A stretch of DNA of 64,000 bases from an uncultured Acidobacteriaceae bacterium (GTDB lineage: Bacteria; Acidobacteriota; Terriglobia; Terriglobales; Acidobacteriaceae), in assembly GCA_963841335.1 (NCBI GenBank), contig CAWJCF010000001.1:2087912-2151911 (forward strand), read 5' to 3'. A program made the position numbers and the translations under genes. Each line of letters opens with the position of its first letter. Within the stretch, counting starts at the first letter, position 1. The notes beneath the pieces are model-generated. The model saw nothing but the letters and a program-made list of their open reading frames with translations. It was not told the origin of the DNA and made no database searches. This document shows positions 49,257 to 57,422 of this stretch, piece by piece.

Positions 49257-51113
49257 ATGCGCGTTCGTCGTCAACGGTTGTGTTGGATTCTGAGTTCAGC
49301 TATCACGGTTGCTGTTGCCGTTGGATTAGAGGGTTGCAGCGTCTCCCCGTCGGCTGCGCCTGTGGCGACCGCAGCGCATGCGTTTGGCGGTCACATCTTC
49401 GGTGGAAGCCAGCCGGTTTCCAACGCCAGCATTCAGCTCTACACCCCCGGCACAAATGGATACGGCTCCGCCTCGACGCCTTTGCTGAATCAGGCGGTTA
49501 CTACCGATGCGAATGGGTTCTTCTCCCTCACGGGCGACTTCTCCTGCCCGTCGGCCACGTCGCCGGTCTACCTCGTCGCGACTGGCGGGAACCCCGGGCT
49601 GGCACCGGGCACAAATAACAGCGCGATTGCATTGATGGGGCTCCTGGGCCAATGCGGAAGTCTCACTCCCACGAGTTTTTTCAATCTTGGAGAACGCAGT
49701 ACGGTGGCGGCCGTCTGGGCGCTTGCTCCCTTTATGGTGGACTATGCGCACATCGGGACGAGCCATGGCAATGCGCAGGGTTTGATGAATGCGTTTGCGG
49801 CTGCGCAGAACCTTGTCGATATTCACACCGGTCAGGCTCCCGGCACCGCGCCTGCGATTGCAACCGTTCCCGCGGCGGAGATTAATACTCTTGCGGACAT
49901 CCTTTCCTCTTGCGTGAACTCGGACGGAAGCACCTCATCGACTGCGGGATGCGGGCGGCTCTTTACAGCTGCTACACCGGCCGGAGGCGTTGCACCTGGG
50001 GATACGGCTGCCGCGGCTCTGAATATTGCGCGCAACCCGGGTCACAACACGACCTCTCTATTCAGCTGCCTACCTTCTAGTGGCGCGTATCAGCCAACGT
50101 TGGCTTCCGCTCCAGCTGACTGGACGATTGCGATTAATTACGTTTCGCCCGTCTTCAATGTGCCGGCAGATCTCGCCATAGACTCGCAAGGCAATGCCTG
50201 GGTGCTGAGCGGGAGTTCTAATTCGAGCAATGTCAGCATTCTCAATGCGAACGGCATCACCGCGACCTTTCCGCAATCTGGGGCAGCCCTCGGGCATCTT
50301 GCGCTCGATCCGTTTGATGATCCGTGGCTGACCAATAATGCGAGTTCAAATGTTCTTGAGCTCACCAGCTCAGGGGGGCATGCCTCGTCGAACCCATTTA
50401 GCGTCGCGGGGATTCAAGGGCCGGGGGCGCTGGCGTTCGACGGCTCGGGTAACGTGTGGGTGCTCGACAACGGACCGACAGTGAGTAAGCTGAGCGCAAA
50501 TGGGGCGGCGATATCGCCAGCGGGCTACGGCACGGGCGGGCCAAGCGGAGCGCCTGCGCTGGCGTTGGATACATCGGGCAATGTTTGGATCGCGAACAGC
50601 AGCGGAGATAGTGTTTCGGTGCTGAGCAGCAATGGTGCGGCTCTGCCGGGATCACCCTATTCCGGCGGGGGAATCAGTGGGCCGTTTGCGTTGGCCATTG
50701 ATTCTACTGGCGGAGCCTGGGTTGCGAACCGGACGGGGAGTAGTTTGAGCAGGTTGGCGTTTGATGGGTCACCGATTGCTGGTAGTCCTTTTTTTGGGGC
50801 GGGAGTGAATGCTCCGATCGACATTGCGCTGGATGGTCTTGATAATGTGTGGCTTGCGAACTCGGGGAGCAGCAGCGTGTCGGAGTTTTTGAGTAATGGG
50901 CGCGCTCAGTCCGGTGTCTCGGGGTATGGAAGTGCAGGACTTATGAACCCTTTTCGGGTTGTGGTGGATGGGTCGGGGAATGTTTGGGTGGCAAATTTGG
51001 GGTCGCTGACGGCCGGGACGGGGACGATCACGCAAGTCGTTGGCGCGGCGGCACCTGTGGTCACTCCTGCCTCGGTGGCGGTGCAGAATAATGCGCTCGA
51101 TCAACGGCCCTAG
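49257..51113 (+). CDS. lipoprotein with NHL-type six-bladed beta-propeller repeats
   Basis: ATG 49257 has AGGAG 7 nt upstream. Lipobox AVGLEGC. Six repeats of the type GP.ALA.D..GNVW(V/I)AN......VS.L..NG. Confidence 0.8.
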   Translation: MRVRRQRLCWILSSAITVAVAVGLEGCSVSPSAAPVATAAHAFGGHIFGGSQPVSNASIQLYTPGTNGYGSASTPLLNQAVTTDANGFFSLTGDFSCPSATSPVYLVATGGNPGLAPGTNNSAIALMGLLGQCGSLTPTSFFNLGERSTVAAVWALAPFMVDYAHIGTSHGNAQGLMNAFAAAQNLVDIHTGQAPGTAPAIATVPAAEINTLADILSSCVNSDGSTSSTAGCGRLFTAATPAGGVAPGDTAAAALNIARNPGHNTTSLFSCLPSSGAYQPTLASAPADWTIAINYVSPVFNVPADLAIDSQGNAWVLSGSSNSSNVSILNANGITATFPQSGAALGHLALDPFDDPWLTNNASSNVLELTSSGGHASSNPFSVAGIQGPGALAFDGSGNVWVLDNGPTVSKLSANGAAISPAGYGTGGPSGAPALALDTSGNVWIANSSGDSVSVLSSNGAALPGSPYSGGGISGPFALAIDSTGGAWVANRTGSSLSRLAFDGSPIAGSPFFGAGVNAPIDIALDGLDNVWLANSGSSSVSEFLSNGRAQSGVSGYGSAGLMNPFRVVVDGSGNVWVANLGSLTAGTGTITQVVGAAAPVVTPASVAVQNNALDQRP

Positions 51114-51193
51114 TGGTGTTTCTTTCGTGGTGAAATGCTGGTGAGTTGATGGTGAGATCGTGGTCGCATGATGGTTCGTGCGACCATGGTTTT

Positions 51194-52471
51194 ATGTTGA
51201 AGAGAATTGAGGAGCGGGGTCCGCGGGTGGTCGCGGGGGAGTCGTTTGGTCCGGCGGCGGGAGTTACGCGGCGGGCGGCGGACCGGATTCGGGCGGGTCA
51301 TCTTTGGGTTTACCGGTCGGATGTGGAGACGCTGGTGCCTCCGGTGGGGTCGGTGGATGTTGCGGGCGGGTCGTTGGTGACGGTGATGGATGGCCGGGGG
51401 ATTCCGTTGGGGACCGGGCTGTATAGTTCGGCGTCGCAGATTGCGGTGAGGATGGTGTCGGCGGAAGTCGGCCTGACGCGCGAGGCTTATCTTGCGCAGG
51501 TGCGGGAGCGAGTTTTGGCAGCGTTGGCACTGCGGGATGAGGTTGCGCCGGTGTCGGGGGAGAACAATGCTTGCCGGTTGGTGTTCTCGGAAGCGGATGG
51601 TTTGCCTGGGATCGTCTTGGATCGTTATTTCGATCTGGTGATTGTGCAGCTGCTGACGCAGGGGACTGCGCAGGATGATGTTCGCGGCGTACTGGGTGAG
51701 GTGATTCGGAAGAGATTGCGGCCGAAGACGATTGTGGAGCGGCCCGATCCGAAGATTCGGGAGTTGGAGGAGTTGGATTTGCCTCCTGCGAATGGGTTGA
51801 TTTATTCGGCGGAGGAATCGCCGAAGCTGCACACGGTTTTTACGATCAATGGGCTGCGGTTTCACTACGACGCGAGTTCGGGCCAGAAGACGGGAGCGTT
51901 TCTGGATCAGCGATTGAACTATGCAGCGGCGGCGAGGTTTGCGCGTGGCGCGGCGCTGGATGTTTGCACTTACCAAGGTGGGTTTGCGCTGCATTTGGCG
52001 CAGCGTTGTGATCGGGTGACAGGTGTGGATGCGAGCCGGAGCGCGTTGGAGGTTGCGGACCGGAATTTGCAGTTGAATGCGGGGCAGCAGGGTGCCGTGG
52101 ATTGGATAGAGGCGGATGCGTTCGAGCTGCTGCGGGAGTATGAGGCGAATGGGGAGCGGTACGACACGATTGTGCTCGATCCGCCGGCGTTTGCGAAGTC
52201 GAAGCGGGCGGCTGAGGGGGCGATGCGTGGGTATAAGGAGTTGAATCTTCGCGCGATGAAGATGCTTTTGGCTGGCGGGACGCTGGTGACTTGCTCGTGT
52301 TCGCACCATGTGGGGTTGGGTGAGTTTACGGAGGTGGTCGCGGCGGCGGCTTCGGATGCGGGGCGACGGGTGCAGGTGATGGAGGTGCGGGGGGCTGCTC
52401 CGGATCATCCTGCGGTGCTGACTTTGCCGGAGACTAGTTATTTGAAGTGTTTGATTTGTCGGGTGGGGTGA
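51194..52471 (+). CDS. class I SAM-dependent rRNA methyltransferase, RlmI-like (PUA + MTase)
   Basis: GHLWVYRSDV (PUA-like), KTGAFLDQR.N, ALDVCTYQGGFALH, DTIVLDPPAFAKSK, YKELNLRAMKMLLAGGTLVTCSCSHH. Confidence 0.8.
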   Translation: MLKRIEERGPRVVAGESFGPAAGVTRRAADRIRAGHLWVYRSDVETLVPPVGSVDVAGGSLVTVMDGRGIPLGTGLYSSASQIAVRMVSAEVGLTREAYLAQVRERVLAALALRDEVAPVSGENNACRLVFSEADGLPGIVLDRYFDLVIVQLLTQGTAQDDVRGVLGEVIRKRLRPKTIVERPDPKIRELEELDLPPANGLIYSAEESPKLHTVFTINGLRFHYDASSGQKTGAFLDQRLNYAAAARFARGAALDVCTYQGGFALHLAQRCDRVTGVDASRSALEVADRNLQLNAGQQGAVDWIEADAFELLREYEANGERYDTIVLDPPAFAKSKRAAEGAMRGYKELNLRAMKMLLAGGTLVTCSCSHHVGLGEFTEVVAAAASDAGRRVQVMEVRGAAPDHPAVLTLPETSYLKCLICRVG

Positions 52472-52479
52472 TCGGCGGG

Positions 52480-52740
52480 GATAAGGACGAAGGCTAGAAC
52501 AAGCAACAGCAAAGGCAACGATTTGGTCGCTTCGCTCTTCGGGCTACGCTCGTGCCTTCGGCAGAGCGGAAGCGCGCTTTGCGCGCGGCTTGAGAGGCCC
52601 AAGGCTGAAGCCTTGGGTTACCTAGAAGCAACGGCTAAAACGACGACAACAACAAACGAAGGTCCTCCGCGCCCGGCGTAGGATGACAACTGAAAAACAA
52701 CAGCAACAGCAACGACAAAGACAACAGCAAAAGCAACGAC
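52480..52740 (+). repeat. composite intergenic repeat (type B hairpin module copy 2, a '...aggatgacaac' module, and a T-free hexamer-periodic tract)
   Basis: gcgcgc-tttg-cgcgc..tgagagg-cccaaggc-tgaa-gccttggg-ttacctagaagcaacggctaaaac, then ggtcctccgcgcccggcgtaggatgacaac, then the 49-nt T-free tract 52692-52740. Confidence 0.75.
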
Positions 52741-52830
52741 TGGCGTGCTGAGTGCTTTCTGGATGGGACGGCTTGCTTGCTTTGGTGAGTTTTCTTGTGC
52801 AAATTCTATTTCTTCGTGTATTTTGAAGAA

Positions 52831-53166
52831 ATGAGAGAGCACAGCTATCTTGGGGAATTCGAACTCATGCTTCTGCTTACGTTGATTCGGCTGGGCGATG
52901 ATGCGTATGGGGTGCCGCTCGCGAGAGAATTGGCGCTGAGGCGGGGGCGAGAGGTTTCGGTAGGGAGTGTCTATGCGGCTTTAGACCGGCTGGAACTTAA
53001 GGGACTCGTTGAGTCCACGCTGGGCGAGTCGACGCCGGAGCGAGGTGGCCGGGCGAAGCGATATTTTCGCGTGACCGAACAGGGACTGCGCTCGGTTCAG
53101 GAGATGCGCAGGGTGCTAACCAAGCTCTGGAGGTCACTTCCGGCGGGAACGGAGGAGCTCGCATGA
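52831..53166 (+). CDS. PadR family transcriptional regulator
   Basis: GEFELMLLLTLIRLGDDAYGVPLARELA...GREVSVGSVYAALDRLELKGLVES.......GGRAKRYFRVTEQG. ATG at 52831. Confidence 0.85.
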   Translation: MREHSYLGEFELMLLLTLIRLGDDAYGVPLARELALRRGREVSVGSVYAALDRLELKGLVESTLGESTPERGGRAKRYFRVTEQGLRSVQEMRRVLTKLWRSLPAGTEELA

Positions 53167-54878
53167 ATCCGACAAGGATCGTAGTGGTTGCGACGTGGAT
53201 GCTTGAGCATCTGACCTTCGGGCGGGATATCGACGCTCTTTCCGGAGATTTGCTGGAAGAGTTTCGAGCGGGGCGTTCGGCGGGTTGGGTTTGTCGTCAG
53301 GTGCTGATGGCTGTTTGGGTTGGGCTCGGCGCATGGGCTCGTGAGTTTGCTCTTGCTCTGGTTTATTCCTCCGGCTGGAGCACTCTCTATCCTCTATGGA
53401 GAATTCTTGGGAGAAACTGGCTCTCCCACGTGGCACTCGATCGTTGGGTTGGGCTGGGCTGGCCGTACTCCACTGTGATGGACCTTGCGGATGGAATTCT
53501 TCCGGCCATCACGTTCGTCTGGCTTGGCCTTCTTGTTTATCTGATCTTGCGGTCTAAGGTCTTGCGGTCTAAGGTCTTGCGGTCTAGGGTCTCGCGATCC
53601 AAGGGATTTGCGGCTTCGCCGTTCAGGCTCTTTCTTGGCCTGTCGACCAGCGTGAGCGTACTTCTGGCAGCGACGATCGGATTGCTCTTTCACTTGAAGC
53701 ATCCTGTGATCGATGTGAAATATGTAACGGCCGAAGCGTTTTATTCGATGTTTCTTCTGTTTGGAATAAGGGTGCCGTTGGCTTTGAGCCTGCTTGTGGC
53801 GATCTTGTGCGCCGTCCCTTGCACGCCAAGGCTCGTCCGCAGGCGACGAATTTCGCAATCCAATTTCGGGCCGGTTATGGGATTCCATCGCGGTATGTAT
53901 CGTCGACAGCTTCGACGGATTGCGATTCTGGTGATGTTATCGGCTGCCGCTCTGCATGGACAGCCTACTGCCAGTTCTCCTCATTCCACCGAACAGTTTG
54001 TCACGGTTGAAAAGGATGTAAAGCTGCAGGTGCTGGATTGGGGCGGCACGGGGCGTGCGCTAATTTTTATGTCGGGGCTTGGAGACGATGCCCATGTTTT
54101 TGATAAGTTCGCGCCGCAATTCACTTCGAGTTATCACGTCTACGGCATCACTCGGCGCGGCTTTGGCGCTTCCAGTAAACCTGTCCCTGCGAACGGGAAC
54201 TATAGTGCCGACCGACTGGGTGATGATGTGCTGGCAGTTATTGACGCGCTCAAGATCGATCGTCCGGTCTTGGTCGGGCATTCGATTGCGGGGGAAGAAT
54301 TGAGTTCGATTGGAAGCCGGCATCCGGAGAAGATCTCGGGGTTGATCTATCTCGAGGCGGGAATGGGGTATGCCTATTACGACCCCGATGCGGGATGGAT
54401 CGTGCTGGACATGCTTGATCTCAAAAAAATGCTGGATCAGTTTCAGGATGGCGCGATGCAGGATGAAAAGCAGTTCTTGAATGAATTGCTGGCCAGCACC
54501 ATGCGATTTGAAAAGGATATGCAGCAGATGGTGAAGGAGACAGTATCTACGCCTGGTCCAGTGGCTCCACTGCCTTCGCGGCCGTCGATTATTGCCGCGA
54601 TTCAATTTGGCGAGCAGCGATATTCGCAGATCAACGTTCCGATCCTGGCTATCTTTGCGATTCCTCACAACTTTGATGGGTTCAAGGGGGATGCGGACGC
54701 GAAGGCTGCTTTGATCGCGGCTGATTTCGCCCGGAATTCGGCCCAGGCAAACGCGTTTGAAAGAGGGTTGCCTTCCGCGCATGTTGTGCGTTTGGCGAAT
54801 GCGAGCCACTACATTTTCAAGTCAAACGCGGCAGATGTAGTGCGGGAGATGAATGGTTTTCTTGCGAAACTGCCTTGA
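53163..54878 (+). CDS. in-frame fusion (or unresolved pair): PadR-partner polytopic membrane module (aa 1-240) plus a signal-peptide-bearing alpha/beta hydrolase (from ATG 53877 or 53895)
   Basis: ATGA overlap with the padR stop. The N-terminal half has about 6 hydrophobic segments. Internal MYRRQLRRIAILVMLSAAALHGQP looks like a signal peptide. The C-terminus is alpha/beta hydrolase-like (LIFMSGLGDD..., GHSIAGEE nucleophile elbow). Confidence 0.7.
   Translation: MNPTRIVVVATWMLEHLTFGRDIDALSGDLLEEFRAGRSAGWVCRQVLMAVWVGLGAWAREFALALVYSSGWSTLYPLWRILGRNWLSHVALDRWVGLGWPYSTVMDLADGILPAITFVWLGLLVYLILRSKVLRSKVLRSRVSRSKGFAASPFRLFLGLSTSVSVLLAATIGLLFHLKHPVIDVKYVTAEAFYSMFLLFGIRVPLALSLLVAILCAVPCTPRLVRRRRISQSNFGPVMGFHRGMYRRQLRRIAILVMLSAAALHGQPTASSPHSTEQFVTVEKDVKLQVLDWGGTGRALIFMSGLGDDAHVFDKFAPQFTSSYHVYGITRRGFGASSKPVPANGNYSADRLGDDVLAVIDALKIDRPVLVGHSIAGEELSSIGSRHPEKISGLIYLEAGMGYAYYDPDAGWIVLDMLDLKKMLDQFQDGAMQDEKQFLNELLASTMRFEKDMQQMVKETVSTPGPVAPLPSRPSIIAAIQFGEQRYSQINVPILAIFAIPHNFDGFKGDADAKAALIAADFARNSAQANAFERGLPSAHVVRLANASHYIFKSNAADVVREMNGFLAKLP
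53547..53606 (+). repeat. in-frame 15-bp tandem repeat (3 good units plus 1 degenerate) encoding (LRSKV)n
   Basis: cttgcggtctaaggt x2, cttgcggtctagggt, ctcgcgatccaaggg, located inside CDS 53163..54878. Confidence 0.85.
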
Positions 54879-54887
54879 CCGTCGAGC

Positions 54888-55085
54888 TTGAACTCGGCGA
54901 TTCGAGGAGGAGGGCGTTTGCGTACGATTCTGCTGACACTGTTTGCGGTGACGGCGATTTCGCCGGTGAGTATTGGGCTGCATGGGACGATCAGTTATGT
55001 GGGGAAGGTGCGGCAGCGGCAGGTGGGACTGCGGCTGGCGCTGGGAGTCGGTCCCTTCCGTTCGTGGCTTTTAGCTCGGTCCTAA
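54888..55085 (+). pseudogene. C-terminal remnant of an FtsX/ADOP-type permease
   Basis: RLRTILLTLFAVTAISPVSIGLHGTISYVGKVRQRQVGLRLALGVGPFRS resembles the FtsX core (...LLA.IG(L/I)YGV.SY.V.QRTREIG(I/V)R.ALGA......), as seen intact at 8758..9981 and 10010..11260. No upstream permease body is present. Confidence 0.5.
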
Positions 55086-55357
55086 TGAGGCGTTTCTGGA
55101 GCGTTAACTCGCGAAAGGCAGCCTTTGTCAGGCGCTCTTAACTTCGTAGCTAGCAGCTTTATGTAATTGGCGCACTTGCGTCCGTTGACTACTATCACGA
55201 GAAGCCGAAGACGATGCGAAGGGGTTTCCATTCGACACCGTTAGCGTTCTAAGAGCGTGCAGTTCAAATGCTGTGAGTCCTCCGGCTGGTCGCCTCTGCG
55301 TTCAATCAGTCGCAAGTGACCCTTGCCTTGCAACACGGAATCGTGAGGCATCGAGAA

Positions 55358-55552
55358 ATGATGGCACTCGACTGGCAAATATTGATCGTCGCATTCGTGG
55401 CCATCTCGCTGCAGATCATCCTATCGATCAACCTGATGTTCGGCAGATCTGCGGTCAAGAAGTGCAATATTTGGCGCGAGACGGACGATTCGCGTGTTCG
55501 GCCGCTCGACGCTTTGAGTGATGCCTTAATGATGAGTCGCGAACAGCGTTAG
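55358..55552 (+). CDS. possible small single-TM protein
   Basis: MMALDWQILIVAFVAISLQIILSINLMF... GAGG lies 9 nt upstream of ATG 55358. Lower-GC spacer, weak support. Confidence 0.25.
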   Translation: MMALDWQILIVAFVAISLQIILSINLMFGRSAVKKCNIWRETDDSRVRPLDALSDALMMSREQR

Positions 55553-55612
55553 TTTGCCAAGGCAGTGTCGTGCGCCTGCACGAACACGATGTCAAAGGAC
55601 TGGAGATGGCAG

Positions 55613-56620
55613 ATGAGTGTCAAGCATTATCTGTTTTTCCTTATTCTCAGTGTTTCCGTCAGCAGTGTAGCGGCAAGCCCGCAGATCTCCGCACCCGAAC
55701 CGCAGACCGGAATGATCATCGGAACAGTGACCGATGTGGATGATGGCACCGTTCCGGGCGCTACGGTCGCTCTTGAAGGCCCGTTGCTCTCCGATCCCCA
55801 ACGCGTGGAGACGAACATTCACGGTTTCTTTCAACTCGACGATCTCAGTCCGGAGATGCCGTACCGTATCACCGTCAGCGCCAGCGGATTCGCGGACTGG
55901 ATCTCGCCTGAAGTCATCCTCCAGCCAGGTCAGCATATGGACCTGACGGACATCCGGCTCCGGATTGCAGCGGCGGTAACCACGGTAAACGCAGTTTTCT
56001 CGACGGAAGAGCTCGCAAGGGAGCAGGAAAAGGCTGAGGAGAAGCAGCGCGTCCTTGGTTTCATTCCCAACTTCTACACGGTCTATGATCGCAACGCCGT
56101 GCCACTGACGCCGAAGCTGAAGTTCAGGCTCGCTCTCAAGACGACGACGGACCCCATCACTTTCCTCGGCTCCGCCTTTTTGGCTGGCCTCGATCAGGCG
56201 GACAACAACCACAACTACGGGCAAGGTGGGAAGGCATATGGTCAACGTTTCGGCGCCCACTATGCCAACGGTTTGACTGACATCATGATCGGCGGCGCCA
56301 TCCTTCCCACCCTCCTGCATCAGGATCCGCGCTACTTTTACCAGGGTACGGGCACAAAGAAATCACGCATGCTCCACGCTCTCTCTACGCCATTTATCTG
56401 CAGGGGAGATAACGGACGCTGGCAGCCGAACTATTCAGGCCTGGGAGGCTATCTCGCGTCCGGCGCGATCTCCAACGCCTATTATCCGGCGTCGGATCGC
56501 GGCCCGGGGCTGACGTTTTCGACCACCTTGATTGACATTGCAGCCGACATGGCCAACGGCGTCATTCAGGAGTTCGTCCTGCGCAAGCTCACCCCCTCAG
56601 TGAAAAACCAACCTCATTGA
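55613..56620 (+). CDS. secreted carboxypeptidase-regulatory-like (CarboxypepD_reg) domain protein
   Basis: ATG 55613 has GGAG 8 nt upstream. Signal peptide MSVKHYLFFLILSVSVSSVAA. Contains GMIIGTVTDVDDGTVPGATVALEG...GFFQLDDL....YRITVSASGF. Confidence 0.75.
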   Translation: MSVKHYLFFLILSVSVSSVAASPQISAPEPQTGMIIGTVTDVDDGTVPGATVALEGPLLSDPQRVETNIHGFFQLDDLSPEMPYRITVSASGFADWISPEVILQPGQHMDLTDIRLRIAAAVTTVNAVFSTEELAREQEKAEEKQRVLGFIPNFYTVYDRNAVPLTPKLKFRLALKTTTDPITFLGSAFLAGLDQADNNHNYGQGGKAYGQRFGAHYANGLTDIMIGGAILPTLLHQDPRYFYQGTGTKKSRMLHALSTPFICRGDNGRWQPNYSGLGGYLASGAISNAYYPASDRGPGLTFSTTLIDIAADMANGVIQEFVLRKLTPSVKNQPH

Positions 56621-56660
56621 GAGGCAGGAGGCAATTAGAAAATAGAAGCGGCTGTCGGAA

Positions 56661-57356
56661 CTAATTGACTGTCCTGCGCCGACGTTCCACTCCATCCAGA
56701 GCGATCCAGAGTGCCTTTGCGGCCTGCTCGCCGGCACTCAGCGCAGCCTCCGCGGATTCGGGCGAAGTTGCCAGCTCCTTGTCGATCAACTCTCGCCAGA
56801 CGCCCGCATGAGCAACGTCTGCCGTTTGATGAAGCGTGAAATACCTGGCCGCGGCGCCCTCGGTCCCATAGTGCTTCGCCAGGCCCTCCGCTTTCGTGAC
56901 CGCGATCGCGGGTACCTTCGACTCATACGCATACAGTGCAGCCATTGCGGACGAAGCTTTTTCCTCTTGCATCAAGCCACGAAACGTTGCGATCAATGCC
57001 GTTGTCTCGGGACCGATCTTTCGCGCCTCAACATTGGTACGCGAAGCACCCATTCCCTCGGCAAAATCCAGCCAGAGGTCGCTATGCGGACGTCCTGTCG
57101 GCGAATCGACACCTTCCTCTTCAGCGAGATTGCGCAAAACCTCGCGGCGCATCTCTCCATCCGGCAGACGCGAATGCAACGCACTCAGGTAAGTTGGAAA
57201 CGCCGACACATGGCTCCAGTACTCCGCTGCGTATTCGCACAGGTCTTCGCGTGTAAGCTCGCCCTTCGACCATGCCTGATAAAACGGGTGCTTCAACAGG
57301 TTATACGGCGCAATACGCTCTTCGAAACGACTCCAAAATTTAGCATTGATCGACAT
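56661..57356 (-). CDS. CADD (Chlamydia CT610-like) haem-oxygenase-fold di-metal protein; putative non-canonical pABA synthase
   Basis: HPFYQAWSKGELTREDLCEYAAEYWSHVSAFPTYLSALHSRLPDGEMRREVLRNLAEEE...HSDLWLDFAEGMG compares, from memory, with CT610 HTFYVKWSKGELTKEQLQAYAKDYYLHIKAFPKYLSAIHSRCDD...LLDNLMDEE...HIDLWKQFVFALG. Also ALYAYESKVPAIA and YFTLHQTADVAHA. ATG 57356 has GGAG 7 nt upstream. Confidence 0.8.
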   Translation of the reverse strand: MSINAKFWSRFEERIAPYNLLKHPFYQAWSKGELTREDLCEYAAEYWSHVSAFPTYLSALHSRLPDGEMRREVLRNLAEEEGVDSPTGRPHSDLWLDFAEGMGASRTNVEARKIGPETTALIATFRGLMQEEKASSAMAALYAYESKVPAIAVTKAEGLAKHYGTEGAAARYFTLHQTADVAHAGVWRELIDKELATSPESAEAALSAGEQAAKALWIALDGVERRRRTVN

Positions 57357-57422
57357 GATTCCACTCCAATTGAATACCGCGGCTGAACGCACCACAGGGT
57401 ATTCAAAGTTTACTGCAATTTG

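Noticed and set aside
51110-52408. 432-aa minus-strand ORF antisense to the RlmI-like methyltransferase
   Set aside because: It is an Arg/Pro/His/Gln-rich shadow frame. The plus frame has SAM-MTase motifs.
54875-55141. 88-aa ORF in the alternative frame after the hydrolase gene
   Set aside because: It is Ala/Gly-rich with no motif. The neighbouring frame (54888..55085) shows FtsX-core similarity and is the better reading of this DNA, as a remnant.
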